62,970 bases of DNA, filler included, from Thraustochytrium aureum (GCA_012862495.1; 5 parts of 3 records of this genome joined end to end with filler, not necessarily neighbours in it); one strand, 5' to 3'. Numbered from the whole stretch's first letter, positions 1 to 13,021 are shown. A program made the numbers and translations. Notes: a model not told the origin generated them from the sequence alone.

Positions 1-2
1 CT

Positions 3-395
3 GCCGTCACAGCTGCCGCCGCCGCCGCCGCCGAAGAGCCGCCTTCCTTGGACGAGGACAAGCTGCGCAAGCAGATCGACGAGCTTGAGAGCGAAAACCA
101 GCAGCTCATCTCGCAGCTCGAGCAGCACGTGGGCCGCATGTGCGACGCAGAAAACCGCGCCAACGAGCTCCAGAACGACTACCTCAAGGTCCGCGACGCC
201 AACAAGAACCTCGAGGAAAAGCTGCACGCCATGGAGACGCTGCACCAGCAAGCCAGCGGCGTCAAGATCGCTCTTGCGCGCCGCCTCGAGGCGCTCATCC
301 TCGAAAACCGGACCTTGCGCCAGGACAAGACCGAGCTCGAAGACCAAAACACCCGCCTTTCGCAGGACAACCAGCTCCTCCGCGGCCGGGCATGA
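3..395 (+). CDS. 3' part of a coiled-coil protein (5' end outside window)
   Basis: Frame is open from the window edge to TGA at 393-395. Heptad E/K/Q/L-rich sequence (LRKQIDELESENQQL...). No family recognised. Confidence 0.7.
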   Translation, partial: AVTAAAAAAAEEPPSLDEDKLRKQIDELESENQQLISQLEQHVGRMCDAENRANELQNDYLKVRDANKNLEEKLHAMETLHQQASGVKIALARRLEALILENRTLRQDKTELEDQNTRLSQDNQLLRGRA

Positions 396-709
396 CCACG
401 ATTATTCCCAACCAACCTTAGCGTAGTAGAGAATCAGCTATCCCAGCTCCCGGCGCACGTCCCGGCGCATCCGCGGCTCCCGGCCAGGCTCGCCCGGCAG
501 GAGCGCACGCTCTCTCGGGTCGCAAGTCCCGAACTCCCGAACGCCCGGGAGCCGCGAGGCCGAAACGCCAAACTGAACGAACGCGCCGCGACACGGCCAA
601 CAAACCCTGAACGGCGCAAGGGCCGGAGCGGCGCGGGCTGCGGGAAGCAGGAAGGGCCGATTGATTCCGCGTGCTAACAGGTGCGGCGGCGAAGGCTCCG
701 GATCGCGGG

Positions 710-2387
710 ATGGCGGTCGTGGTGAATGTCAAGTTTCGGGGCCGCGTGCTCCCCGTCGCTGCTGGCAACGTGGAAGAGCTGCAGCGGGCGCTGCAGGATG
801 CGACGGACGTGCCTGTTGAGAGGCAAAAGCTGCTGGTGAAAGGGGGCTTGCGTGTGGAGCACGGCCTCGACATAGCGCGGCTGCAGGGCGCCCAGGTGCA
901 GCTCGTGGGCGCCACCGCGCAGGAGCTCGCTGCCGTCGAGGCGACCGCAGGCGGCTCTGCGGCGAGCGCTGGCGCCCTCGTGCGCGACGACCTTGACGTC
1001 GACTACGAAGAGGTTCAGCGCGCGCGAGCGGCTGCGGCGGATGCGCGCGACCTTGAGCAACGGCTCCGCGACGCAAACGCGACGCCGTTCCGCTTCACGG
1101 ATGTCAGGGCGCTCGAGCAGTTCACGGACAGCGGGGAGGCGCGCAGGCTGCTGCTAGAGCTGGCCACAGACCCTGGGTTCCTGGCCGTTCTCCGCAAGCA
1201 CCGCTGGACCGTCGGCGCTCTGACGGAAATGTACCCGTCCGGCAAAGTCGGCGTCGACCCTGTGTGCGTTCTCGGCGTCAACATCAACAAGGGGCAAGAA
1301 ATCTCGCTTCGCCTGCGCACGGACGACCTTCGGGGTTTTCGCAAGATCGCCGTCATCCGCGAGACGCTGTGCCACGAGCTCTCCCACATGGTTTGGAGCG
1401 ACCACGACGCCAATTTTTACAAGCTGATGCGGCAGATTCAGCAAAAGGTCGTGGCGCTCGATTGGCGCCAGGGCGAGGGCCACAGGCTCGGCGGGCAAGC
1501 GTTTCTGACTGCTTCATCGCTCGCCTCCAAGGCCTCGACGCAACCCAAGGTTGGGACTGCCATCGGCGGGTCGTTCACGCTCGGGTCTCGCCTCGATCTT
1601 CCGGCGCCGGCCCCTCGCCAGCCGAGCTGCCGAATCCCCCGGGGGGTGCTCGTGCGGCACGGCCCACAGCCCCGATCCGACGATGGAGGTGGAGCTCGAA
1701 GGGGGCCACGCGTGTTCCGCGGGGCCACTGGAGCCAAAGCAAGCTTTGGAAAAGCTGGGAGAAGTACACAAGGCCCAAGAAGTCCGTGGTGACGACTTGC
1801 AAGAGCCCAAGCCAGCCCCGGTGGCCCAAGATGACGCACCCCAGGCCAAACCTGCCCAGGACGACGCACAAAAGCCCGAACCAGCGCAAGACCCCCGTGG
1901 TGACGCGCGAGAGCCCATACCAGCTCTAGAGGGCCCGGACGAAGCGCGCAAGGCCAAACCAGCTCTTGAGGCTCCGGACGACGCAGTAGGCCGCGATCCG
2001 GAGCCCCACCCAGACCTGCCAGGCAGCTACAGCGCGCCGCCAGCAGGCCAGCAGCACGCCATTCGCGAGGCGATTTCCAAGTTGGTCGAGCGCAATTCGC
2101 CAGAGAGGACAACGAATGCGATCTCCTTGCTTCGCAAGATCGTCGGCAACGTGCTCCACTCGCCCAACGCCGACAAGTTCAGAAGACTTCGAACGTCCAA
2201 CCCAAAGTTCAAAGACACAATTGGTGCTGCACTAGGCGGCCGCAACGTGCTCGCTGCAGCTGGGTGGGTTGCCGTGGACGACGACATGGTCTGCTTTTTA
2301 GATCACTCGGCCGAGGCCCTAGGCGTCTGCGCATTTGCCGCGCAGGCGTTGGACGAGACCGCGCAGCTCCTGAGCTGCTTGCTCTAA
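710..2387 (+). CDS. Wss1-like WLM zinc metalloprotease with N-terminal ubiquitin-like domain and C-terminal PUB domain (one apparent frameshift ~1580-1650)
   Basis: UBL (TDVPVERQKLLVKGG). WLM motifs VGALTEMYP, LGVNINKGQEISLRLRTDDLRGF, TLCHELSHMVWSDHDANFY (HExxH). PUB domain LLRKIVGNVLHSPNADKFRRLRTSNPKF...LAAAGW lies in the overlapping +1 frame. Confidence 0.88.
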
Positions 2388-2731
2388 TGTAAACAAATTG
2401 CGCGCGTTCTGAGCTGGGCATGCATCGGCAGCCATCGGCAGCCGAGCCAACCCTTGCGCGAACAGCAAGCTCCCACAGGAAAAGCAAAGGCAGAAGCCCC
2501 CTCGGCCAGCGCAAGGCCGCGCCCGCCCCAGCACGCCCGAACGCAGTTTGCCAACAAACCGAAATCTCGCCGAGCGCAACCCGGCCCGCACGCGCCAGCC
2601 CCGACCTGAGCCCGCGCGCGACCAGCGGCAGCGCGCTGCGCCTCGCGGAGCCGTGCAGCGACGTCCTCCTGTGGCACGACAGACCTCGTTGAAAAGGCTC
2701 GAATTCGACCAGGATCTCGGCCACGCGAACG

Positions 2732-3662
2732 ATGGCGCTCAGCCTGGCAGCGCGCAGAGCGGCTGGCGGCCTCGCAGCAGCGCAGAGGCTGCCGCTATGG
2801 AGCGCGCCGTGCAGGCTTGCGCAGCCGCTCCGGACGAGGGCCGCGCGGGTGCTTGGAGATGGCGCGGAGCGGACCCTGCTTCGAGGACGCGGGACGGCGC
2901 GCGGACTCACGGCCAGCAGCAGCGGCGGCGGTAGCGGCGGGTTTGACGAAGAGGAGGTGCGGAAGAAGATCCAGCCCATCATCCCCAAACGACTGCAGGA
3001 TCTCGTCAAGCTGGACAAGTTCGAGGACAAGTCCGGCGCGGAGATCGGGTGAGTTTCGGTGGCTTTCGCGCGGCCGGCTCCCGCGTGGCACCCCGCCTCG
3101 CGCTGACGAGTTAGCCGTGCAGGGCTATTTGGGAAGCGTACCACGCGCAAAAGCGCGACTGCGTCTCCGCGGTGCTGAGCGGGGCCGAGTGGGCCAAGGT
3201 CGAGCAGCGCGCCAAGACTAGGTACGTTGCTTTGTTGTTGCGTTTGTGTGCGGCTGGCAACTTGGCTGCTCGGGCGAGCGGCCGCTGACGTCGCCGGGGT
3301 CGGCCCCACCCAGCCCTATGTTTGTCTACCCGGTGCGCAAGAGCCAAGACGCGTTCTTCGTGCTGCTGTCGCAATGGAACAAGACGCACTGTGTGCTCAC
3401 CTTCCTCGAAGACTACACCAAGAACCCGGCTGCGGCTGTGCCGTACATGTACCTCGTCGCGTACACCGACTTCGCGGCTGAAAAGGACACTGTGCTTGTC
3501 CGTGCCGAGTTCCTGCCATATTTGACCAAGACCGAGAGCGAGATTCTCTTGGACGAGATCCTCGACTTTTACGTCCGGGACGACAACAAGTTCAAGCACG
3601 TCGAGACGTTCAACCAGAACAGCCCAGCGTTCGACTTTAACGCCGTCTTCAAGCTGGGCTGA
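2732..3662 (+). CDS. ATP11: Mitochondrial F1-ATPase assembly factor ATP11/ATPAF1; exons 2732-3048, 3123-3221, 3314-3662
   Basis: Arg/Ala-rich presequence. The spliced product reads EIGAIWEAYH...PMFVYP...LTFLEDY...PYMYLVAYTDF..KDTVLVRAEF...VETFN..SPAFDF. Introns 3049-3122 (GTGAGT..CTGAC..CAG) and 3222-3313 (GTACGT..CTGAC..CAG) restore the frame. Confidence 0.88.
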
Positions 3663-3671
3663 AGCGCGCTC

Positions 3672-3726
3672 TTTGCCCGATCCGGCTCGAGCTTGTTTGC
3701 CCGATCCGGCTCGAGCTTGTTTGCCC
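3672..3726. repeat. 24-bp tandem repeat (TTTGCCCGATCCGGCTCGAGCTTG x2.3) just after the ATP11 stop
   Basis: Two perfect copies at 3672-3695 and 3696-3719 plus a 7-bp partial copy. Confidence 0.9.
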
Positions 3727-3870
3727 ATGAGCAAGCTCTAGCTAGAACGGTTGGCAGGGGCGCCGTGCCCCGCCCGCTCCTTTAGAAAGGGCTGACCGGG
3801 TTCATGCGAAAGCGAAGTTTAATTCCCAGTTTGAACTTGATCAAGAAGGCAGCAGCTGCAGCTATTTTCC

Positions 3871-6800
3871 CTACCGGACAGAGCGGCTCAAGTGAATCAC
3901 CTCCGATGCTGCGCGCAGCACCTGGGTGCGGCTTGTGAGAATAGGGTGGTCCGCCATCTGTTCCGGCGAGACGGGCGACTTGCACGCCGGGGTCCAGCCT
4001 GCGGCCCCCTCTAGCTCGCTCTCGAAAAAGGTTGCTGTCGCGCGCGGGACGGCCTCGAGGTGCCTTTTGGGCTTGCCTCCCCGCAGCAAGCTCGGTGCGA
4101 GCTCCGGGAATTTCTTGTAAGCAAACACCGAGGTTTCTTGCGACGCGGCAAACTCGGCGAGCTGGGACGGCGGGTCGACAAACACGGTCGTCGAAACGTC
4201 CCCGAGCGTGCTGCTCAGCAGCGGAGTGGGCTGCTTGCGCTGCCGGCTGTAAATCCGCCCAGTCTTGGAGCGGTTTTCGTGGTCCACAACGAGCTCTTCG
4301 AAAAGGCGCAGCTCGTCGGCCCGCATGCTGCTCTCGCCATTCAAAACCGCAACATAGTCACGGACAAAGCATTCAAACATTTGCGTGTTGAACATCTCGG
4401 CGCAAAACGTGCGCGACGAGGCGTGGTCCGCCAGGAACGCGTTCTTGTCAAACGTCCAATCCACCTCCCCCTTGCTGCGCATAAAGTACTTGCGGAGGTT
4501 TCGAAATAGACGCACATGAAAGAACGCAAACGCTTCCCGCAGCGAGGTGGTCCACCGCTCGTGCTCCACCATGTTGCTCGGTTTCGGGGCCCTTGACGTG
4601 GCCGAGTCCGGCGTGCTCTGCGAGTCCGCCAAGCGCGCGTCGGCCGAGTCGAGGCGCGCGAACTCGCTCGCCTGGATCGCTTCGTCCGGCACCTTTGCCT
4701 TGGCGAGCGGGTCCTCGCTCGTCGGCGTCAACTCTCGGGCTTTGGCCAAAGCGTCCTGGAGCTTGCGCACGAGCGGCTTGGGGAGCGGCTCCACGTAGAG
4801 CGGCTTGCCGTTCGACTGCTCTGGGAGCAGGATGCGATCGTTGTCCAGATCGATGTACACCACGTCTTGGGGCTCGATAACGATTGCGCAGCACTTTGCG
4901 GCAGCTGCAGAAGAGGCTGGTGCCCGCCGCGGCGAGACCTGGCGCAACGGCCACTGGCGCTGAGGTCTGCGCGTCCCTCGGGAACTCATTGCTGCTGGGA
5001 GAGCCAACGAGCTCGTCGACTTGAGGCGGTCCACTGTGATGCTGCTGCGCACTTCGTCGGCCTCGTCCGCAGGCTCGTCCTCGTTCTCGTCGGCGCCAAA
5101 CTCTGGACGGTCAAGTGCCTTGCCATGCCCAGCACTCACGGATGCCGCTTCATCTTCAAAGGTATCAAAGTCATCCTCTTCCTCGGTGCCGCTCGCTCCG
5201 CTTCCCACGCCCTGATGAGCGGGCGCTGGTTCTCGCCTAGCTCCACAAACGACGCGTCCACACCCATGCAAAACGGCACGGGTGCAAACAGAAAGTCTGA
5301 CAGGGCTTGCGGGAGCATCGGGATGTAGATGCACTGCATTTCAAACGGGAACATCACCGCACGGAGCGCCTCGGCGACGGGCGTTAGCTTGCTCTCGTTG
5401 ACGGAACAGAGCGCCACCTTTTGCTCCCGCAGCAGGCACGAGAGGACAAGCATGATGTTGCCCGCGCTCAGGCTCTTAACCAGTGGCAAAAAGGAAAAGT
5501 TGGCCAGCGGGAGCGCGTTCACCGGCGGCCGCTTCAGGTAGATCGGGAGGCCGCCCAGAACTGTCTGCACTTGTGCCAAGCCGCGCGGCGGCACGGGCGT
5601 CTCGCTCACAAAATTCGCAATGTACCTCTCGAGCGGAAGGGGCGCCGTTGACCGCGAAATGCGCAGCGTTTGCAAAAGAAACGTTTCAAACGTGTGAAAC
5701 ATGGGCCACCGCGAGAGAACGCACAAACAGATCGGCGCAAACCACCGACGAGACTTGGCAGAGGAGCGCATAGCTTCGTTGAGAAGCTCGCTGTGCTCAG
5801 ACTCGCCCAAGAGCTTGACGAGATCGATTTCTTCGTAGAACGAAAGCACGACGCCATACCGCCTCACTCCGGTCCCGTCCGTGAGAACAAGGCGCGACAG
5901 GGTCCTTCGCTCCAAGCGACGATCGCGGGCCCCATGAGAAGAGCCAGCCCCAGACCTCTCGAGCACAGCAAAGGGTGTGTAGCGCTCTTCCGGGAGGCAA
6001 AACGCCGCCACGTCTTCAGGCATCGGCACTTGCTCGTGCAGGATTCGGATCGCGGCCAGCTCGTGCGCGGTAAAGTTCCGCCGTTCTTCTGCCGCTAGAT
6101 CTTCCACCTTTGGAGGCCACACACTCCGGACGCGCGGCCGAAGGCCGAGCTGCGACACGGACGTCATTGCCTCCAGCTCCCCAGGAGTCTGGGAAGGGTC
6201 GATCTGCAAGGCGTCCAGGACCACAAAGTAGTCTACGAGCTTGCTCTCCGACGTCGCTGCCTCGCCCTTTACTGTGACCAGGTCGCCCGACGGCGCGTTG
6301 GGGTCAAACCGGTTCCCGCCAAGCGCCCCTGGAAAACCTTGACCGAGCTTGCCGCGGAAGAGGATCGGGCTCGGCGTCGCGACGCGCCTCAGGTTGTGTG
6401 TGCGGCGCAGCCTGGCTCGCTGGACGGTCTCCTCAAAGCTCTGATAAAGCACGCTGGCGATGAACAGGTCAGTCGGGTTCTTGTTGGCCCCATGACCCTT
6501 GTCCTCGAAATCGAACAGGCCCAGCCCGTCCGAAACGTAGAGGGTCTTCGCAAACCCAGTCGGGTCGGTGAGGGACAAAGCCAAGAACATGGAAGCGACG
6601 TGCGTCTCCTTGACCTCGCTCAGCCCGCGATCGCGGAGGTGCGTGGAGACGAGCTGCGCATAGACCCCGTTTCGGTCCCAGCAGAACGCCTGCTTTGCCA
6701 GCTCCTCCATCGCAACGCGCGAAATCTTTCCTTGGCTCTGTTTGTCGTGGGCGGAGAACATGCGCTGGGCCGCCTTGACTGCTCTGTCGCTCAGCATCGC

Positions 6801-9800
6801 GGCCACCTCGCTAGCAGAGTACCGAAACAAGTTGGCCGCGGCAAGGCGCTCGACCATCTCTGCCGTGTAGGAGCGCCTCCGGGTCCGGGAGGGCCTTCGA
6901 TCGGCATTCCAGCGCCGATTCGGCGCATCCGCCTGGGCCGGCTGCGAGGGTCCGAAATGGTCGTCCAGACCGCTCGTCGTCGTAGAAGCAGGAAGAGCGT
7001 ACGCCATCGCGTCGCGAAGGAATTGTGCGACGACGTGCTCGGGCTGCATACAGTTGCCCCACGTCCAAAGGAGCACGATCGGAAGAAACCACTCGTCGTT
7101 GGACGGATGGTCTATTTCGAGCTCAAAGCCGAGACCGGCAACGCCTCGGGCCTTCTTCATCAGTGCGTCAATTTTCGGGCCCATTCTGGTCTTGCCAACC
7201 GCGCAGCGGTTTGCTTCCTTTGCATTTTGGTCGCCGGGTCTTGGCGGCAAGATTTCGCCTGCTGAAGACCGTACACGGTCAACCGCTGGAGAAATGTCGT
7301 CCACCGCAGACTGCGCTGGGTCGAGGTTGCAGTCCGGATCGGAATCTCTGCGTTGCGCCAAGCGCGCTCCACTTCCGCCTTGCGCTGCAAAACAGGTGTG
7401 CGGGTCTACAAGGAGACGGCGAAGGGCGCCCTCGCCAGTAGCCAACTCCGCAGCAAAGTGGAGGGCTGCGCCAGCCACGGCCTTGCTGAGAGCCTGCTCA
7501 AACAGCACGAACGACCAGTTGTTGAGAAGCGGGAGCCGAAAGTACGCGGAAAACCGAACTCGTTCGTACAAGAGGGCCGCTCTGCCAAAATAGTGGTCTG
7601 CCTCCAGCGCGCCCTTGGCCACATTGCGAAAAAAGTGCGCCAGGTCGCCCGTGTTCGTGACTTGACTCGCCGCGACTCGCAAAATTCGGACTCGCAAGGT
7701 CACCACCCTGAGCTGCGCCATCATTCGGTAGGTGCTGGCCCGATCCAGCGCCAGCTTGTACTCTGACGCCTCGGCAGCGCGATGCTCGCGCGACAGCCCA
7801 ACGAGGTACCGGCTGGCCAACGAGAATTTGCCATCAGCCTGCTCAAGCGATGCTCGCGCAAAGTCGCACAAGCGCAAGAGCCGCGAGCACGCTTCGACAA
7901 AGTCGGCGCCAGGCTTGGTCGACAGCTCCCATCTCCCTCCTAGCCAGCAAGACGAGATTGGAGCGCCAGTGCAGAGGAGCGCAGCCAGGCAGCCCGCTAC
8001 AACGCGACTCACTAGAGCTTCGAGAGCCACTGCCCACCGCCATTCCACCTCTGCCTTGTCGCGCGGCGCCTTGCACCCGCGCGCAATCGAGAGGTACTGC
8101 ATGTTGGCGCCTTCATAGAGCCGTGCAACCGAGGCTAGGTCCAAAGAGCTACTTCCAACGTTTGCCAGTGAAGCGGGTGGAATACCGCTTCGACGCAGCG
8201 ATCGGCGAGCTTCTTGAGCGCGTCAGAGGCTCGGAGGAAAGCCTCGTCGCCAGAGGCGCACGCCCTTTGCGTATAAGGGTCGACCTTTGGCAGGCTCGTA
8301 TCTGCTGCGGCTTGCTCGTCCGGGGCTGCAGCGCTGCAGACGGCGCGACTCGAACTACTTGCTACTTTGAAGGACCCGGGCAGTATTGCGGCAGGGCCGT
8401 CCTGCTCGTTGTGACGGGCTTGCAACCTTCGACTGGCGTCCATCCTCGCCAGCCGCTGCGGCTTCTCGTGCGTATCTTTCGTCTCTTCAACACCGGGCTC
8501 GGAGTGAAAGCTCTCGTCACTACTGAGCTCCTCCAAGCCAACGGCTGTCTTCGCGTTGCTAGCTTGATCTTCGGGCTGCGTGGCTTTGCAAGCGTCGCGT
8601 CCTGGGCCAAAGAGCCGCATGTTTTGCTCGAAGGACGTCTCGCGCTCCTGGTCGGCCACGAGTTCAGCGATGATGGCATAATAGTCGGCGGGGCGCCCGT
8701 CGCGCTCCCAGAGCTTCTTGAACGCTCGAGCCAGCGCGCCAGAGGCTGCCACAATGTCGGTTTGTGACCCGAGCGGGGTCACGTTTCCGCGCCGCCAGTG
8801 CCTGTTTTCCACCTTGGTGCAGAGGGCCTTGAGCTTGAGTCCGCGCCCAAACACGTTGGAGTTCAAGTGCTGTAAAAGCGCCTTCAGCGGGATGACCGGG
8901 TGGCGGAGCAGCACCCGCGACACGGCCTTGTACCGCATGCTGTCCCGGAGCCGAGCCTTGCTCGCAGATGCTTTATCGGCCCGACCAAGCTCCTCCTTCT
9001 TCTCCAAGTATGGAATGGCAAGGACCACCGCAGTCCGAAAGAACGCCTGAGTGAACTGCGCGCGGGACATGCGAGCTGCGTCGCCGTCCTCGGCCTCCGT
9101 CCCGTAAAACTCGCAGCATGTCAAAAAGATGCGCGAGCAGAGCCGCGCGTCAAAGTAGGTCCCCAACGAGAAGAGCTCAAAGTCGTGCGCAAAGAGCTGG
9201 AACTGGCTCAGCGTCAAGTAGCGCCCGCTGCCCGAGCCGGCGCGTGGGTCGCAAAGACAGTACGCTTGGAATAGGTGCCTAAGAAAGGCTCCGACGCTCG
9301 CCAAGGCACCGACTACTTGACGCAGCACTTCAACGCGATGGAAGAANNNNNNNNNNNNNNNNNNNNNNNNNNNNNNNNNNNNNNNNNNNNNNNNNNNNNN
9401 NNNNNNNNNNNNNNNNNNNNNNNNNNNNNNNNNNNNNNNNNNNNNNNNNNNNNNNNNNNNNNNNNNNNNNNNNNNNNNNNNNNNNNNNNNNNNNNNNNNN
9501 NNNNNNNNNNNNNNNNNNNNNNNNNNNNNNNNNNNNNNNNNNNNNNNNNNNNNNNTGGCCCTGCAAACAATAGGTGGAATAGATTCCTCGGAGTCTTTTA
9601 TGCACGGATGGTCCAATGTCGTCCACGACGTCGACATTTTCGGCGTCTGTCTGCTCTACAGCTCTGCCTGCCGGAGTGGCAAGCGTGCACAGGTGGCTGC
9701 AGTTTTCTGATGGCCCCAGGGCATCGCTGTGGTCCTGCCGAGTTGACACTGCGAGTGCAGGAGCCGAGCCTGCCCGCGACCGGAACTGGAGCGCTTCATG

Positions 9801-10223
9801 GCAGTCGCCAGGCGGCGCGAAATCTTCGCGCGCCCAAAGATCCACGTCTTCCACGCGAAGCACGATGCGCCGAAGCATCTCGTTCGGACACGCCGCCAAG
9901 CAGCCAAGGACGCGGCCCTCCGGCCTCCACTCTGTCGCTCGCCCGTTGAAGAGCCGCCCGCGCGCAGCATTGCCCTGCGAGTGGCCAAAGTACCGCAGAG
10001 CGTCATGAGCGAGTTCGGCGAATGTGGTGCTGCTCGTGACCCAGAACTCGCCGCTTTGGAGCGGCTTGGAGCTCAGCACCGCTTCGTGCACTGAGGCGCC
10101 GTCCCTCGGTGCCCCAGGCACCACCAGTGCCTGCCCTGCGCCAGGCGACGGCGGCTCGACGCGCCAGTCGCACGCCGCAAACAGGTCGTCCTCGTCCAGG
10201 AACTCGACACAAACCTTGAACAT
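3871..10223 (-). CDS. Very large DENN-domain protein (putative Rab GEF) with long N-terminal extension; frameshifts ~8140 and ~5200, gap 9347-9555
   Basis: uDENN/cDENN motifs LVDYFVV, VAAFCLP, VLTDGTGVRRYG, PICLCVLSRWP, LLREQKVAL, MFPFEMQCIYIPMLP, APVPFCMGV. dDENN motifs LREAFAFFHVRLFRNLRKY, FDKNAFL, MFNTQMFECF. Joining the upstream ORFs (8135-9346, 9556-10223) into the same gene is inferred. Confidence 0.78.
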
Positions 10224-11549
10224 AGTCTCCTCGCGGGCCACGCGTGCTCGGCGGCTCCGCGAATTCCTTCCTCGCGGCCCACCGCGCGCGAGCGGCACGA
10301 GCACGAGAGCCTTTGGGGCGACCGAGTCTGCCCTGCCCGGCCCCACGCCTGACGCGCCCCTGCCTTTCCTTCAGGCGCCCAAGGTCCACGGGAAGAACAT
10401 CCCACCTCGTCTAGTTTCACAACGAGAGAGCCCAGAGAGGACGAGCACGAGCGTCGCATGCGCAAAGGCAATTTCATTCCACGGCATCCGAAGCGCATTT
10501 CATCGCGAAAGTGCCTTCGCGCGAAGCAAAAATCGAAGAAAATCGTGGACTTGAGCAGCACAAAGGAAGGCGAAAGCAGCGGAAGAAGCCCGGCGCGACA
10601 GCGACAACCGCCCGGCTCCTCACAGCCTCTGCAGCCGCAGCGCGTCCTGCGCGCCAACCCACCGCGCTCNNNNNNNNNNNNNNNNNNNNNNNNNNNNNNN
10701 NNNNNNNNNNNNNNNNNNNNNNNNNNNNNNNNNNNNNNNNNNNNNNNNNNNNNNNNNNNNNNNNNNNNNNNNNNNNNNNNNNNNNNNNNNNNNNNNNNNN
10801 NNNNNNNNNNNNNNNNNNNNNNNNNNNNNNNNNNNNNNNNNNNNNNNNNNNNNNNNNNNNNNNNNNNNNNNNNNNNNNNNNNNNNNNNNNNNNNNNNNNN
10901 NNNNNNNNNNNNNNNNNNNNNNNNNNNNNNNNNNNNNNNNNNNNNNNNNNNNNNNNNNNNNNNNNNNNNNNNNNNNNNNNNNNNNNNNNNNNNNNNNNNN
11001 NNNNNNNNNNNNNNNNNNNNNNNNNNNNNNNNNNNNNNNNNNNNNNNNNNNNNNNNNNNNNNNNNNNNNNNNNNNNNNNNNNNNNNNNNNNNNNNNNNNN
11101 NNNNNNNNNNNNNNNNNNNNNNNNNNNNNNNNNNNNNNNNNNNNNNNNNNNNNNNNNNNNNNNNNNNNNNNNNNNNNNNNNNNNNNNNNNNNNNNNNNNN
11201 NNNNNNNNNNNNNNNNNNNNNNNNNNNNNNNNNNNNNNNNNNNNNNNNNNNNNNNNNNNNNNNNNNNNNNNNNNNNNNNNNNNNNNNNNNNNNNNNNNNN
11301 NNNNNNNNNNNNNNNNNNNNNNNNNNNNNNNNNNNNNNNNNNNNNNNNNNNNNNNNNNNNNNNNNNNNNNNNNNNNNNNNNNNNNNNNNNNNNNNNNNNN
11401 NNNNNNNNNNNNNNNNNNNNNNNNNNNNNNNNNNNNNNNNNNNNNNNNNNNNNNNNNNNNNNNNNNNNNNNNNNNNNNNNNNNNNNNNNNNNNNNNNNNN
11501 NNNNNNNNNNNNNNNNNNNNNNNNNNNNNNNNNNNNNNNNNNNNNNNNN

Positions 11550-12682
11550 TCGGCAAGTTTGGGCCGAAAGGGCAAGTCGCGGTGCGTGAGGCGAGCGTGC
11601 TCGTGGTCGGCGCCGGGGGGCTCGGGTGCCCGGTTATAAGCTTGTTGGCGGGAGCGGGAGTCGGGCGCCTTGGGATTGTCGATGGCGACATCGTTGAACT
11701 GAGCAACCTGCACCGGCAGACCTTGCACACCGAGGCCTTCTGCGGAAAGCCCAAGGTGGAATCTGCGCGGGATGCTGTGCAGCGTCTCAACGCGGACGTC
11801 AACTGCCAGGTTTTCGCGTTCCACGTGACAGCTGCAAACGTGGCCGAGCTCGTGGCGGACTTTGACCTGGTGGTCGAGGCGACGGACAGCCTCGCGGCAA
11901 AGTACCTGGTGAGCGACGCCTGCGCGCTGCTAGGAAAGCCGCTCGTCGCGGGCGCGGCACAGGGGCTCGAGGGCCAAGTCGCGCTCTTCCTGCCCGGCGA
12001 GTTTTGCTACCGGTGCGCATTTCCGCGACCGCTGCCTCCCGCTGAACGTGCCACGTGCGCAGACGACGGGGTGCTGGGCCCGGTTCCCTGCATGATCGGC
12101 TCAATGCAGGCGCTGCAGGCCCTCCACTGGCTTGCCGATCCGTCAAACCCTGAACTTGGCAAGTACATTTTCATGTTTGACGCCGGCGCGATGATGGGGA
12201 TGCACAAGATCAAGCTCTCGCTGCGCGCCAAGCAGCGCTGCGCGGTGTGCGGGCAAACCCCTACCATTCGCTCGCTCGCCGACTCGGAGGCGTTTTGCGC
12301 CGAGCACGGCCTGCACTCTGGCTGCTACATTCCCAGCGTGGTGGCACCCACGACAAAGTGGCCAGCCGTCTCGGCCTGCCTCTCGCCGCGCCTGCTCATC
12401 GACGTGCGCCCACCGGTGCAGCATGCGATTTGGACGCTGGACGGCTCGATAAACCTCCCCCTGGCTACATTGCTCGAGCCCGACGGCCCGTCTCGCGTTC
12501 TCGCCGCAGCAGATGGCGCTAATGCGACCCAGGTCTTTGTGTTTTGCCGTCGCGGCAACGATTCGCGCGAGGCTGTCGCTGCACTAACCGCCTCGCCGCA
12601 GCTCGCCGCTCTCCGCGTCCTGCACGTCGCAGGCGGGCTCGAGGCCCTCCACGCCGCTGACGCAAGATACCCCATCTACTGA
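11550..12682 (+). CDS. MOCS3: Adenylyltransferase/sulfurtransferase MOCS3/UBA4 (ThiF/MoeB + rhodanese); 5' end lost in gap
   Basis: VLVVGAGGLG, DGDIVELSNLHRQ, Zn motifs CYRC and CAVCG, TCADDGVLGPVP, rhodanese loop CRRGND, GGLEA, C-terminal PIY. Confidence 0.93.
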
Positions 12683-13021
12683 CTCCCCAACGCAGCCAGT
12701 CCAGCTGCTGCGCTCGCCCCTCAGCGCGGCGGGGCAGCCGCGCGTCTGCCGGGAGCGCCGGCGTGCCGTGTTCGGTGCGCAGGTGCTTGGTTCCCGCGCG
12801 GGCTCGCCACCGCCGCCGCACTTTACCGTTTCGAAGCAAGTTGCCAGGTTGATAGGTTGATGGGTTGACTTCGGGACACACGGTCGCCGAACACAGCGCC
12901 GCGCCTCGCAGCACGCGCGCGAGGGGAGTCTCTATAGCAGGCAGGCTCAGGAGGGCCGACGCTCTCTAAAAAAAGTGGCGGGCGGGGGGGCTTGGGCCAG
13001 CGAGGGGGCCCTCTCGACGGT

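Noticed and set aside
671..680. GTG start at 671, or a GCTAACAG intron acceptor upstream of the WLM gene
   Set aside because: A eukaryotic ATG at 710 starts the UBL cleanly. No convincing GT donor upstream supports a 5' UTR intron.
3672..3726. 24-bp repeat as a CRISPR-like array
   Set aside because: Copies are directly adjacent with no spacers, there are no cas genes, and the context is eukaryotic.
10073..11824. Long ORFs spanning N gaps (also at 30506-31629, 37750-39744, 46153-48444)
   Set aside because: Their length comes from X runs or from antisense shadows of real GC-rich genes.
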